NCBI GenBank assembly: GCA_030745285.1
Contig: JASLOV010000121.1
Span: 1 to 36,323, forward strand
DNA: 36,323 nucleotides
Direction of reading: 5' to 3'
Origin: Dehalococcoidia bacterium
GTDB lineage: Bacteria > Chloroflexota > Dehalococcoidia > UBA2979
A program made the position numbers and the translations under genes. The notes beneath the pieces were generated by a model. It searched no databases and was not told where the DNA came from. It saw only the letters and a program-made list of their open reading frames with translations. This document shows, piece by piece, positions 26,885 through 35,463 of this stretch. Numbering within the stretch: position 1 is the stretch's first letter; each line of letters opens with the position of its first letter.

Positions 26885-27796
26885 CTACGCGTCGAGCGCC
26901 GCGCCGGACAGCACCTGCCGGTACGCGTGTTGCAGTGAGTCCGAGGGCTCTTCCGCGAGCTCTTCGAGCATCGAATTGTGGAGCCTGCGGTAGGCGCGCA
27001 CCGCCCCATCCAGGCGCCCCGCGCGCGCATGCGCCCTCATCACGCACAGTGCCGCCGTCTCGTTCACCGGGTCGATGTCCCAGATTGACTCGCCGAGGCG
27101 AATCGCCTGCTCCCAGTCCTCGCTGCGCAGTGCGTGCTCGGCGAGCGAGAGCAGACAGGAGAGGTAGCGGTCCTCATAGCGCCGGCGGGCGTCGTCCGCC
27201 CAGTCGGAGTCGAACGTCTCGGCAAAGGGACCGCGATAGAGGCGGACTGCCGCCGTCAGGTCCTGCGCCCAGCCGTCGCTCCCGGCGGAGTCCCGTTCCG
27301 CGTCCTGTGTGTGGTGTTCGAACTCCGCGGCGTCGTAGGAGATCTTGAACGCCGGGTTGACCTGGTAGGCCCCGTCGCTGTGCACGATCACGCCGGGGAT
27401 CGCCTTGCGCAGGCGGTGCAGGTTGGAGTGGAAGTGGCTGTTCAGCCGCTTCGGATCGAGATCGGGCCAGAGGTCGAGCGCGATCTGCTCTTTGCGCAGC
27501 GGCCGCTTCTGGTGAACGAGGTAGAAGAACATCTCCTTGCTGCTGGCGCTGCGCCACTCCAGGTCGGCGATCTGGTGCCTGCGGACGGTCACGCGCGGGC
27601 TGCCGAAGGCCTCGGCGCGAATCGGGGCCTCGTCCTCCGCCAGCGCCGGCTCTTCGTCGTCCGAGATCGGGCGCAGCCCAACCCGCAGCGTCCGGTAGTA
27701 GTCGCCGCCGGCCCGTCGTGCCGCGCCGTATTCGATCAGCTCTGGGACGTGTCGAGCTTCCGCGTGCAAGAACTGATCGTATCCGAGTTCCTCCAC
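26885..27796 (-). CDS. SARP module (OmpR-type winged helix plus BTAD); probably the C-terminal part of the upstream STAND regulator, separated from it by one in-frame TAG
   Basis: wHTH: VTVRRHQIADLEWRSASSKEMFFYLV...LDLWPDLDPKRLNSHFHSNLHRLRKAI. BTAD: YDAAEFE...AVRLYRGPF...WADDARRRYEDRYL...VMRAHARAGRLDGAVRAYRRL. The 30 codons upstream of GTG 27796 are open, coding-like and in frame with the stop of ORF 27887..29827. Confidence 0.8.
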   Translation of the reverse strand: MEELGYDQFLHAEARHVPELIEYGAARRAGGDYYRTLRVGLRPISDDEEPALAEDEAPIRAEAFGSPRVTVRRHQIADLEWRSASSKEMFFYLVHQKRPLRKEQIALDLWPDLDPKRLNSHFHSNLHRLRKAIPGVIVHSDGAYQVNPAFKISYDAAEFEHHTQDAERDSAGSDGWAQDLTAAVRLYRGPFAETFDSDWADDARRRYEDRYLSCLLSLAEHALRSEDWEQAIRLGESIWDIDPVNETAALCVMRAHARAGRLDGAVRAYRRLHNSMLEELAEEPSDSLQHAYRQVLSGAALDA

Positions 27797-27886
27797 GATC
27801 TCGTGTACCCGCCTGAGGTGCTCGATCGACTGCCGGCGCCTGCGGCGATGGAAGCAGGCGGCGGCGAGCAGCAGCGTCGCGACCGC

Positions 27887-29976
27887 CTATTCTCGCAGCG
27901 TCCCGGCCTCCACGGCCTCGGACACGGCCAGCTCCAGTGCTGTGATCGCCTCGTCGTAGCGATGCTCGCTCACGAGCGTCGCGCCCACGCCGATGCGGAA
28001 TCCGAGCTGGAGGAAGAGCGCGCCGCGCTGCTCGGCCTGCCGCAGCCCGTGTTCGAGCGGGGTGTGGGCGCGGGCAAATTCGCCGCGACCGCGGTTCGAC
28101 ATCGCGAGGCCCAGCGTGGCGTAGGCGACCAGCATCGGGTCGTCGATCTCGTACGCCTGGCCGCGGCGGAAGCCGATCTCGCGCGACCGCTCGATCACGT
28201 CGGCGAACGTGTCGTGAGCGGTCTCCAGTTCGCCCAGCATGTGCTGACCATCCCCGAGGTTGTTCATCGTCGCGGTCTGCGCGGCCGGGTCGTCCAGCAT
28301 GCGCCAGCGCCGCAGAGCCGCCGTGTACTCCTCCATCGACCGGGTCAGTGAGCCGCGGTAGAAGAGCGAGAGTCCGAAGCCGTCGTGCGCCTCCGCGGCA
28401 CGATGGTGATCACCATCGCGATCGAAGCCCTCCGCGGCGGATCGGAAGCGCTCGCAGGATGCCTCGAACTGGCCGCTCTGCCCCAGCGCGATCCCCTCTT
28501 CGAGGTCGATCTCGGGGAACAGCGGGTCATCGTCCGGGAGTTCCTCGCCGGCTGTCAGCCGAGCGCGACGGCAGGCCCCGATCGCTTCGCTCAGCTGTCC
28601 CACCTGCCGCAGCGAGACGGCCCGGTACAGCTCGCGGCGGGCGCGCTGGTCGACGGAGAGTCCCTGCTCGTCGATGGAGTCGAGCTGCGCCAGCCCCTGC
28701 TGCTCCTTGAGCATCTTCGTCGCCAGCCGGGCGCGGGTCATGGTGAGGTCGGTGTCCCCGGCGAGGATCTCCGGGGACAGGCGGTCGAGCCAGCCGGAGA
28801 GTGTCGTCCACTCGCCCCGCTGGTAGAGCTCCCGGTGCATGTCGCGTATCTCCTGGACCACCTCCGGCCAGTCCTCCGCCTCGATCGAGAGGTTCACCGC
28901 CTCGCGACGCTGCCCCCGCCGTGCGCACATCGCGGCCGCGGAACGGCGCAGCTGCAGCAACCGCTGCGGGTCGCGGCGTGCGAGCCGCTCCAGCAGATGC
29001 TCGCGGAGCAGCGAGTGCATCCGCAGCCAGCGATCATCGAGGCTCGTGATCAGGTGGTTGGTGCTCTCCAGATCCCGCAGATGCATGCGCGCCTCGGGAT
29101 CGGCCGTCAGCTCCTCGGCCTGCTCGGCGTCGAATGACTCCAGCACTGAGCAGGCGCTGAGCAGCTCGAACTGCGGCGCGGGCAGCTGTCCCAGTACCTC
29201 GTGCTCGACGAAGTCCGAGAGTACGAACTCGGAGCCGGGCGCGGTGCCCCCACGCGGGCGTGAGGGGTCGTAGTGATCCGCCAGGATCGCAAGCGCCGCC
29301 GCCCAGCCGCCGGCTCGCTGCACGACTTCGAGGCCCGGGGCGCCGTCGATGCCGGAGCGGCGCATGAATTCGACGGCTTCGTCGTCGGTGAACTCGAGGT
29401 CGGCTGCGCCGAGCGAGGAGGCGCGGCGTTGGGCGGTCATGCGGGTCAGGGACGGCAGCCGGGGCCAGGTGCGTGAGAGCGCATAGAGCCGCATGTTCAT
29501 GGGCATCCCGCGGACCAGTGCGTCCAGTAACTCCAGCGTCCCCGGTGCCTCGTCGAGTACCTGCAAGTCGTCCACGATCAGGAGGAACATGTCGTCGATC
29601 TCGTGGTGCACGTTCGCGACGAACTGGCCGATGAGCGCCGTGGCCTGGGGCGGTTCTGCGCCGCCGTGCAGCCGTTCGTACAGCTCGTTGAGGGTGCCGG
29701 GGAACGCGACCCTGACGGCGCCCACGAGGTTGGAGAGCAAGGTCAGCGGGTCAAGGTCCAGGCGGTCCACGGAGAGCCATGCCGCCGGCAGCCCGGCGTC
29801 GTCGTACCAGTCGACGGCGAGCGTCAACTTGCCGTACCCAGCGGGGCGCTGACCACGATCACTTCGGACTCAAGCGCGTCGCTCAGCGACTGATGCAGGC
29901 GCTCACGGCGGATGGTGTCATGGCGGCTGCGGGGAGGCGCTAGCTTGGGCGAGAACTGCTGATCGAGCGGTACCAT
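27887..29976 (-). pseudogene. MalT-like STAND ATPase with a TPR-like sensor domain, frameshifted in the Walker A region
   Basis: ATG 29976 gives MVPLDQQFSPKLAPPRSRHDTIRRERLHQSLSDALESEVIVVSAP. A frame change then occurs in the G4/C4 run 29843-29846. The protein continues as AGYGKLTLAVDWYDD... (Walker A), LLIVDDLQ (Walker B), GGWAAALAILA, and multiple TPR-like repeats to TAG 27887-27889. Confidence 0.75.
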
Positions 29977-30108
29977 CGTCTTTGGTCCGTTGGTAATCCC
30001 GGTCGAGAAAGCCTATCGAAACCCGGGCACGCGCTGCCACCAGTTGCCCACGATTCGCGCGCTTCGCCGTGCGCGAACGGCGGGGCCGTCCGCGAGGACT
30101 CTGGGTGT

Positions 30109-30173
30109 GATGGCTATGTGTGCTGGCGATGTGTGCTGGCCATGTGTGATGGCTATGCGTGACGGCTATGTGT
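30109..30173. repeat. Tandem array, 13 bp x5 (consensus GMYGGCNATGYGT)
   Basis: gatggctatgtgt gctggcgatgtgt gctggccatgtgt gatggctatgcgt gacggctatgtgt. It starts at the stop codon of the hotdog gene and lies 130-200 nt upstream of the regulator ATG. Confidence 0.9.
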
Positions 30174-30582
30174 GTGGGGCGCTGGCGGTTCCGCTGAGCA
30201 GCAATTGCCCCGATTCGTCCTCGCAGACGACGTTGTAGGTGGCGATGCCGTCGCGCAGGCTCTTCGGCTCGGCGCGGGCGGTGATGGTCACCGGCGTGAG
30301 CGCGGGCGAGCGCCAGCGTACGCGGAGCTCGCCACCCTCGGCCCAGGCATCGCCGAACGTCGCCGCCATCGCTTCCGAGACGAGCGCGAGCACGAGCATG
30401 CCGTGCGCGATGGGGCGACCGAACTGGCCGGCTCGCGCCTCCGGCGTCTCGCGATGGATCGGGTTGAGGTCGTGGGCGGCCACGGCGTAACGGTCGACGC
30501 GCGTCTGGTCGATCAGCCGGGTCACGGGCTCGACCGCGGGCGGCGTCGGGGTGGCATCGGGGGATGTCTCTGAGGGCGTCAC
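30166..30582 (-). CDS. MaoC-like (R)-specific enoyl-CoA hydratase/dehydratase, the catalytic hotdog subunit
   Basis: GTG 30582 overlaps the upstream stop (GTGA). Hydratase-2 motif YAVAAHDLNPIHRETPEARA...IAHGML. Confidence 0.8.
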   Translation of the reverse strand: MTPSETSPDATPTPPAVEPVTRLIDQTRVDRYAVAAHDLNPIHRETPEARAGQFGRPIAHGMLVLALVSEAMAATFGDAWAEGGELRVRWRSPALTPVTITARAEPKSLRDGIATYNVVCEDESGQLLLSGTASAPHT

Positions 30583-30983
30583 TGGCTCTCTCCGTTCTCG
30601 GCTCCCAGCAGCAGCGTGGTGCGACCGTGTGCTGCCGCCCCGGCCGCGGTCGCCAGCTCGGCATCCACGGCGGTGATGACCACGCCGCGTCGCGTGGAGT
30701 GGGAGGCGACCGTGAAGCGAGCCGAGATCGAATCGTCCACAGAGACCGCCCGCTGGAACGAGAACTGCTGTCCGGTGTGCAGGATGCTGTCCAGCGGGGG
30801 CAGGTGCTCCATCAGCCGGGCGAGCGCGAACGCGCCGAGCGCGAGCGGCGGCACCTGGGAAGGCCACCGTGCGGCGTCCTCGCCGGTGGCGTCGAGGTAG
30901 GCCCGCACCTCGGCGGCGCTCAACGCGAACGTGAAGCTGGCGAGCTCATCGCCTGCGCTGACGTCGGTGAAGTCGATGGCCAT
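30579..30983 (-). CDS. MaoC-N/hotdog-fold partner subunit (HadA-like, lacks the D-x-N-P-x-H motif)
   Basis: ATG 30983 with GAGGA upstream. The 134-aa protein is MAIDFTDVSAGDELASFTFALSAAEVRAYLDATGED... It is translationally coupled to the catalytic subunit. Confidence 0.65.
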   Translation of the reverse strand: MAIDFTDVSAGDELASFTFALSAAEVRAYLDATGEDAARWPSQVPPLALGAFALARLMEHLPPLDSILHTGQQFSFQRAVSVDDSISARFTVASHSTRRGVVITAVDAELATAAGAAAHGRTTLLLGAENGESQ

Positions 30984-31066
30984 GCAGTCCTCGGGCGTCC
31001 TCGCGGTAGCGCAGCGAGCTTTGTGATCGACGCGGGTTCGAAGATACGTAGGCGGTGCTGGAGCGT

Positions 31067-31591
31067 CTATCGAGCGTGCTTGTCGCGCTGTTCGTCCTGG
31101 AGCGCGCCAATCTGCTCCGCGGCGCGGCCAAAGATGTCCGGTACGGGCCAGCCGTTCAGGCCGGCGTAGGTGTCCAGCTGCGAGCGGTGGTGGATGTCGT
31201 GCTCCACCATCATCGCCAGCACCCGCCAGCCGGAGAGCGACCCATCCGTGTCGATCATCTCGATGCGGCGATCCAGCCACTCGTCCGGCGTGCCGTCCAG
31301 CAGCCGGTGCAGCTCCTCCCCGCTGGCCTGCACGGCCGGCAGCCAATGCTCGCGGGAGCTGACATCCGGGGCGGACGGGCTGATCCAGCCCTCATCGCGG
31401 TACGCGCTCGCGAAGTAGAGCCGCGAGCCGGCGATGTGGCCGACGATCTGGTTGATCGACCACGCGTTCTCGCCCTCACCGCCTTCGGGCGTCCAGCCGT
31501 CCGCCTCCGGCGGCAGCGCCGCGACGTCGCGCATCGCCCGGCGGTGGACCGAGTCGAAGTAGCGGAAGAACCCGTCGATCGACCCGTACAT
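31067..31591 (-). CDS. DinB-family (DinB_2-like) protein
   Basis: FFRYFDSVHRRAMRDV..., INQIVGHIAGSRLYF and MMVEHDIHHRSQL form a His triad pattern. The GGAGGAG Shine-Dalgarno site lies inside the end of the cupin gene. Confidence 0.7.
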   Translation of the reverse strand: MYGSIDGFFRYFDSVHRRAMRDVAALPPEADGWTPEGGEGENAWSINQIVGHIAGSRLYFASAYRDEGWISPSAPDVSSREHWLPAVQASGEELHRLLDGTPDEWLDRRIEMIDTDGSLSGWRVLAMMVEHDIHHRSQLDTYAGLNGWPVPDIFGRAAEQIGALQDEQRDKHAR

Positions 31592-31593
31592 CG

Positions 31594-31968
31594 CTACTCC
31601 TCCGGGAAGGGGATGAAGATCGAGAGCCGCTCTTCCGTCCCTCTGCCGCGTGTGATGTGGCCCTGCCCGTCGATGTCCTCGACCAGCACGATCGAGCCCG
31701 GGCCCAGCGGGAGGATCGACCCATCGCCGACCTCGATCTCGCCTTCGCCCGCGAGCGTGATCACGAACTGGCGGCGCGGCGCGGGGTGCCAGTCGATGTC
31801 CAGGTCGGGCGGCGTTCGGCGGAAGATCACGCCGGTGGCGGGGACCAGCTCCGAGTACCCGGAGGTTCCTGCCACCGACAGCTCGATGTCGACCGTCTCG
31901 AGATGTGTCTTGCCGTCGTCGCCCGTGTAGACCCGGGTCATCGTCATCGGTTCAGCCGTCTCTGCCAT
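31594..31968 (-). CDS. Small cupin-domain protein
   Basis: ATG 31968 with GAGGAG 6 nt upstream. The 124-aa beta-rich sequence reads ...IDWHPAPRRQFVITLAGEGEIEVGDGSILPLGPGSIVLVEDIDGQGH. Confidence 0.65.
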   Translation of the reverse strand: MAETAEPMTMTRVYTGDDGKTHLETVDIELSVAGTSGYSELVPATGVIFRRTPPDLDIDWHPAPRRQFVITLAGEGEIEVGDGSILPLGPGSIVLVEDIDGQGHITRGRGTEERLSIFIPFPEE

Positions 31969-32101
31969 TCCGCGCTCCTCACGTGCCCTGCCCGCCCTGC
32001 GTATCGTGCCTGCCCCGCGTGCACGGGCAGAGTACCGAGGTTCGGCGCGCGCTGTCCTGTGCGCGTATTCGGGCAGCCACCAGGCCGGCCTCAGGCAGCG
32101 C

Positions 32102-32980
32102 TCAGGCGACGCGAGCCGCCACTGCCCGCGCCCGCTGCGGCAGCGTCGTCGCGCCCATGCGCTCGCACACGGTGTCGAAGGAGGGCAGGGGGCCCGGCCA
32201 GCGCAGCTCGCCAACGTGATCGAAGAGCGCCGGGTCGGTGCGCAGCGTGGCGAGGTCGAGGAACAGCATCGCCAGCTCACGCTGGTCCGCGAGCGCGGCG
32301 GCGAGGCGGGCGCGGCCGCGGATGGTGACCTCCCACTGCTGCTCGTCGTCCGGGATCGCCTCGACGTGGCCATAGTGTGCGAGCACGGCTGCGGCGGACT
32401 TCGCTCCCCAGCCGCTCACGCCCGGGAACCCGTCCGCGCTGTCGCCGACCAGCGCCAGGTAGTCGGGGATGGACTGCGGCGGCACGCCGAACTTCTCCAC
32501 CACGCCCGCCGCGTCGCGCACGGTGTTGGCGCGGCGATCGAGCTGCACGATGCGGTCGCCGACGACGCACTGGCTCAGGTCCTTGTCCGGCGAGCAGATG
32601 TAGACGCGCTCCACCGCCGGGTCGGCGGCGGCGCTGGCGGCGGCGGACGCAAGCGCGTCGTCGGCCTCAAGCTGCTCCATCGGCCAGATGACGACGCCCA
32701 TCGCGGTCAGCGCCTCCTCCAGCAGGCCGAACTGCGTCCACAGGTCGGGGTCGATGCCCTCGCCGGTCTTGTAGTCGGGCCAGAGTTCGTTTCGGAACGA
32801 CTCGACGATGTGATCGGTGGCGACGCCGAGATGGGTCGTGCCGCCCTCGAACATCCCGAGCACGGACGCGAGCACGCCTCGTACCGCTCCGACCTCGCGG
32901 CCCAGGGTGTCGCGTTGTGAGGGCACGCCGAAGAAGTGACGGAAGAGCTCGTAGGTGCCGTCCAGCAGGTGTACGTCCAC
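32102..32980 (-). CDS. Stand-alone 5'-3' exonuclease / flap endonuclease (Pol I N-terminal-domain type)
   Basis: LLDGTYELFRHFF, EADDALAS acidic cluster, H3TH region IPDYLALVGDSADGFPGVSGWGAKSAA. GTG start. Confidence 0.85.
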   Translation of the reverse strand: MDVHLLDGTYELFRHFFGVPSQRDTLGREVGAVRGVLASVLGMFEGGTTHLGVATDHIVESFRNELWPDYKTGEGIDPDLWTQFGLLEEALTAMGVVIWPMEQLEADDALASAAASAAADPAVERVYICSPDKDLSQCVVGDRIVQLDRRANTVRDAAGVVEKFGVPPQSIPDYLALVGDSADGFPGVSGWGAKSAAAVLAHYGHVEAIPDDEQQWEVTIRGRARLAAALADQRELAMLFLDLATLRTDPALFDHVGELRWPGPLPSFDTVCERMGATTLPQRARAVAARVA

Positions 32981-33065
32981 GTTTCGCTCCGACCCGCTAC
33001 GCTACGCGCGTGCAACGGTAACCCGCGGCCGCACGATGGCCGGAGACTTTGTTGGGGGTGACACG

Positions 33066-34001
33066 ATGGCGAAGGCGCACTTCGGCGTGATGGTGCCGCA
33101 GATCAAGCGCAGCTGGGACGAGGCTCGCGACGCGTCGAGCGCGTACGAGGCGATGGGCTTTGACTCGCTGTGGGTCAACGACCACCTGTACGGGCCGCAG
33201 TCCCCATCGATCCCGATCATGGAAGCGTGGTCGCTGGTCGCCGGCATCGCCGCCATCACCGACCAGGTGGAGCTCGGGACACTCGTCACGCCGGCTGGCA
33301 TGCGTAACCCGGCTCACCTCGGCAAGGTGATCGCCAGCGTCGACAACATCGCCGGCGGCCGCGTGATCCCCGGCTTTGGGGCCGGCTGGATGCCGCGCGA
33401 GTTCACCGACTTCGGCATGCCCTTCGGCGGGACGAAGGAACGCCTGACGCAGATGCGCGAGACCATCGAGCTGCTGAAGCGCATGTGGGGCGACGAGGAA
33501 AGCGTGACGCTGGACGGCGACTTCGTGCGGGCGCAGGACCTGGTGACGGAGCCGAAACCGCCGCGCAGGCCGCCGATCCTGATCGGCGGCAGCGGCGAGC
33601 AGGTCACCCTGCGCCTGGTGGCGCGCGAGGCGGACATCTGGAACAACCCCGCAGGCGGGCACGGCGCGCTGGAGCAGAAGATCGGCGTGCTGCGTCAGCG
33701 CTGCGAGGAGGCAGACCGAGACCCGGCCGAGGTCACGATCTCCCAGCAATGCCTCGTCACGCTCGCTCCGGACGAGGAGTCTCTGGCGCCGGCGGTGGAG
33801 CGCGCACAGCGCATCTTCGGCGGCCACATGGGCGACCCGACCGGCCCGCTGGCGTTGACCGGAACATCGGAGCGCGTCGCGGAGCAGATTCAGAAGCACC
33901 TCGACCTTGGTTGCACGATGTTCATGATGGAGTTCTTCGGGCGCGATCCGAGGGAGCCGGCACAGGCCTTCGCGGAGACCGTCATCCCGCAGTTCCGGTA
34001 G
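33066..34001 (+). CDS. Luciferase-like monooxygenase (LLM) class oxidoreductase, possibly F420-dependent
   Basis: GFDSLWVNDHL, LGTLVTPAGMRNPAHLGK, PILIGGSGE. ATG 33066 (GGGGGTG Shine-Dalgarno) is preferred over ATG 33036. Confidence 0.8.
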   Translation: MAKAHFGVMVPQIKRSWDEARDASSAYEAMGFDSLWVNDHLYGPQSPSIPIMEAWSLVAGIAAITDQVELGTLVTPAGMRNPAHLGKVIASVDNIAGGRVIPGFGAGWMPREFTDFGMPFGGTKERLTQMRETIELLKRMWGDEESVTLDGDFVRAQDLVTEPKPPRRPPILIGGSGEQVTLRLVAREADIWNNPAGGHGALEQKIGVLRQRCEEADRDPAEVTISQQCLVTLAPDEESLAPAVERAQRIFGGHMGDPTGPLALTGTSERVAEQIQKHLDLGCTMFMMEFFGRDPREPAQAFAETVIPQFR

Positions 34002-34014
34002 CCGCCGGCCGAAG

Positions 34015-34065
34015 CGCCTGTCTCCCCGCACCGCCTGTCTCGCCGCACCGCCTGTCTCGCCGCAC
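34015..34065. repeat. Tandem repeat, 17 bp x3 (CGCCTGTCTCSCCGCAC)
   Basis: cgcctgtctccccgcac cgcctgtctcgccgcac cgcctgtctcgccgcac, immediately 3' of the LLM stop. CCCCGCACCGCC (34024-35) can also pair with GGCGGTGCGGGG (34094-34105). Confidence 0.9.
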
Positions 34066-34595
34066 CGGGCCGTGCCTCTCGGCGCCTCGCCACGGCGGTG
34101 CGGGGCGGGCGTGACGCGCTCGGGCAGCCGCGTGCCGCCGTCGCGCGTTTCGAACGGGGGACGAGTCGGTTTCGGAGTGCGATGCAGGGTCCGCTGGGGG
34201 TGTCTGGCCGGCGCAGGGGGCCGCACATAGCAAACGACGCACCCCTGAGTACCCAGGAAGTGCGCCGCTCTGAGTCAAGGTTGGAAACTGCCTGCCACCG
34301 CCGCCCAGCAGTCCGGCTTGTGATGGCACCCCCGCTTGACCTGAGCAGACTGTAGCGAGCGCCGCAGGGCCTGAGTAGCGACTTGCGAACAATGTCACCC
34401 ACGAACAACGAACGTTATGCACACACTCCGTGGATGGTTCCCGGGCGAGGCCTGCTCCGCAGGTTCGGACGGCGCCGCCGGGCACTCACCATCTCTAGGC
34501 GGGCGACGCGCTACCGTCCGAGCGGCTACGCTTCGCCTGACCGCGGTGATCAAAGGCCGCGATGGCGACGGCCGAGCCTGCGGCGGGAGCGCGTC

Positions 34596-35313
34596 ATGGA
34601 TGCGACCGAGGTGACCAAGGTGACCGAACAGCCGGCCGGGGGCGGCGATCATGCGCAAGTCTTCCGCGACGCCCCGCTGCTGGCCAACGTCGACGAACAG
34701 GACGTGCGCGCGCTGGCCGAGATGGGCGAGGCTCGCCAGTTTGTCGCGGGCCAGTCGATCTTCACTCAGGGCGATCCGGGCGATGCCCTCTACACGATCG
34801 TGCAGGGCAGCGTTCGCATCGTCGTCGTCTCGTCCACCGGCCGGGAAGCGACGCTGGCGACGCTGGCCCGGGGCGACTCGCTGGGCGAACTCGCGCTGCT
34901 GGACGGGCAGCCGAGGTCGGCGTCCGCCATCGCCACCGAGCCGACGACGACGCTGCGCGTCGCCCGAGCGGACTTCCGGCGCTGGCTGCTGGAGCGTCCC
35001 CGGGCCGGCGTGGCGATGCTGGAGACGCTGGGGCTGCGGCTGCGTCGCACAAACGACGCGGTGACGGACCTCAGCTTCCTGGAACTGCCGCAGCGCATTG
35101 CCAAGCGGTTGCTGGTGCTGGCCGAGATGGCGGGCGGGGCGGTCGACGGGCGCGAGGTCCGCGTCACGCAGGCGGCGCTCGCCTCCATGGTGGGCTCCAG
35201 CCGCGAGGCGGTGAAACAAGCACCTGAACCACTTCGAAGAGGCCGGCTGGGTCGGTCTCCGTCGCGGCGTCGTCGCCATACTCGACGCTGCGGCCCTGGA
35301 GCAGCAGCTCTAG
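34596..35313 (+). pseudogene. Crp/Fnr-family transcriptional regulator with a +1 frameshift in an A-run
   Basis: cNMP-binding domain (FRDAPLLANVDEQDV...GDSLGELALLDGQPRSASA). The HTH region reads ...VTQAALASMVGSSREAV, after which the extra A at 35215-35217 shifts the frame. The shifted frame restores the canonical end NKHLNHFEEAGWVGLRRGVVAILDAAALEQQL, with TAG at 35311-35313. Length 718 nt = 3n+1. Confidence 0.75.
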
Positions 35314-35404
35314 CGCCGGCATCTACCCGCCTTCGGGCGGACCTCTGGCGCTCCTTCGCGACGCTCTCGCATGCGCGCGCCCGGCCGGGGTTGCGGCCCG
35401 GGCG

Positions 35405-35440
35405 GCGAATTGTGGTAGATTCGCTCCTGCGAATCTTCGC
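35405..35440. promoter_or_regulatory. Nested inverted repeats upstream of the fur-family gene (candidate operator)
   Basis: GCGAAT-tgtggtag-ATTCGC-tcct-GCGAAT-cttcgc. The central ATTCGC-N4-GCGAAT (35419-35434) lies 30 nt upstream of GTG 35464. Confidence 0.35.
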
Positions 35441-35463
35441 AATAACGGACGGAGGCTCCTCCC

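Noticed and set aside
30109-30173. The tandem arrays here and at 34015..34065, considered as possible CRISPR arrays.
   Set aside because: The units are contiguous 13- or 17-bp repeats with no spacers, far shorter than CRISPR repeats, and no cas genes are present.
31034-31043. T-loop-like GGTTCGAA strings here and at 35826-35836, 24985-25000 and 26562-26572, checked as possible tRNAs.
   Set aside because: No acceptor, D or anticodon stems can be drawn around any of them, and two lie inside CDSs.
34181-34357. A 58-aa ORF (MQGPLGVSGRRRGPHIANDAP...) with a GGAG 4 nt upstream.
   Set aside because: Its GC3 is about 70%, compared with roughly 85-90% in real genes here. It is Arg-rich with no motif, so it is probably non-coding.
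34240-34400. Riboswitch-like fragments: CCTGAGTAGCGAC is reminiscent of the yybP-ykoY GGGGAGUAGC core, and ACCTGAGCAG is reminiscent of the TPP ACCUGAUC core.
   Set aside because: Only short partial matches are present. I could not assemble the conserved helices or the second half of either motif.
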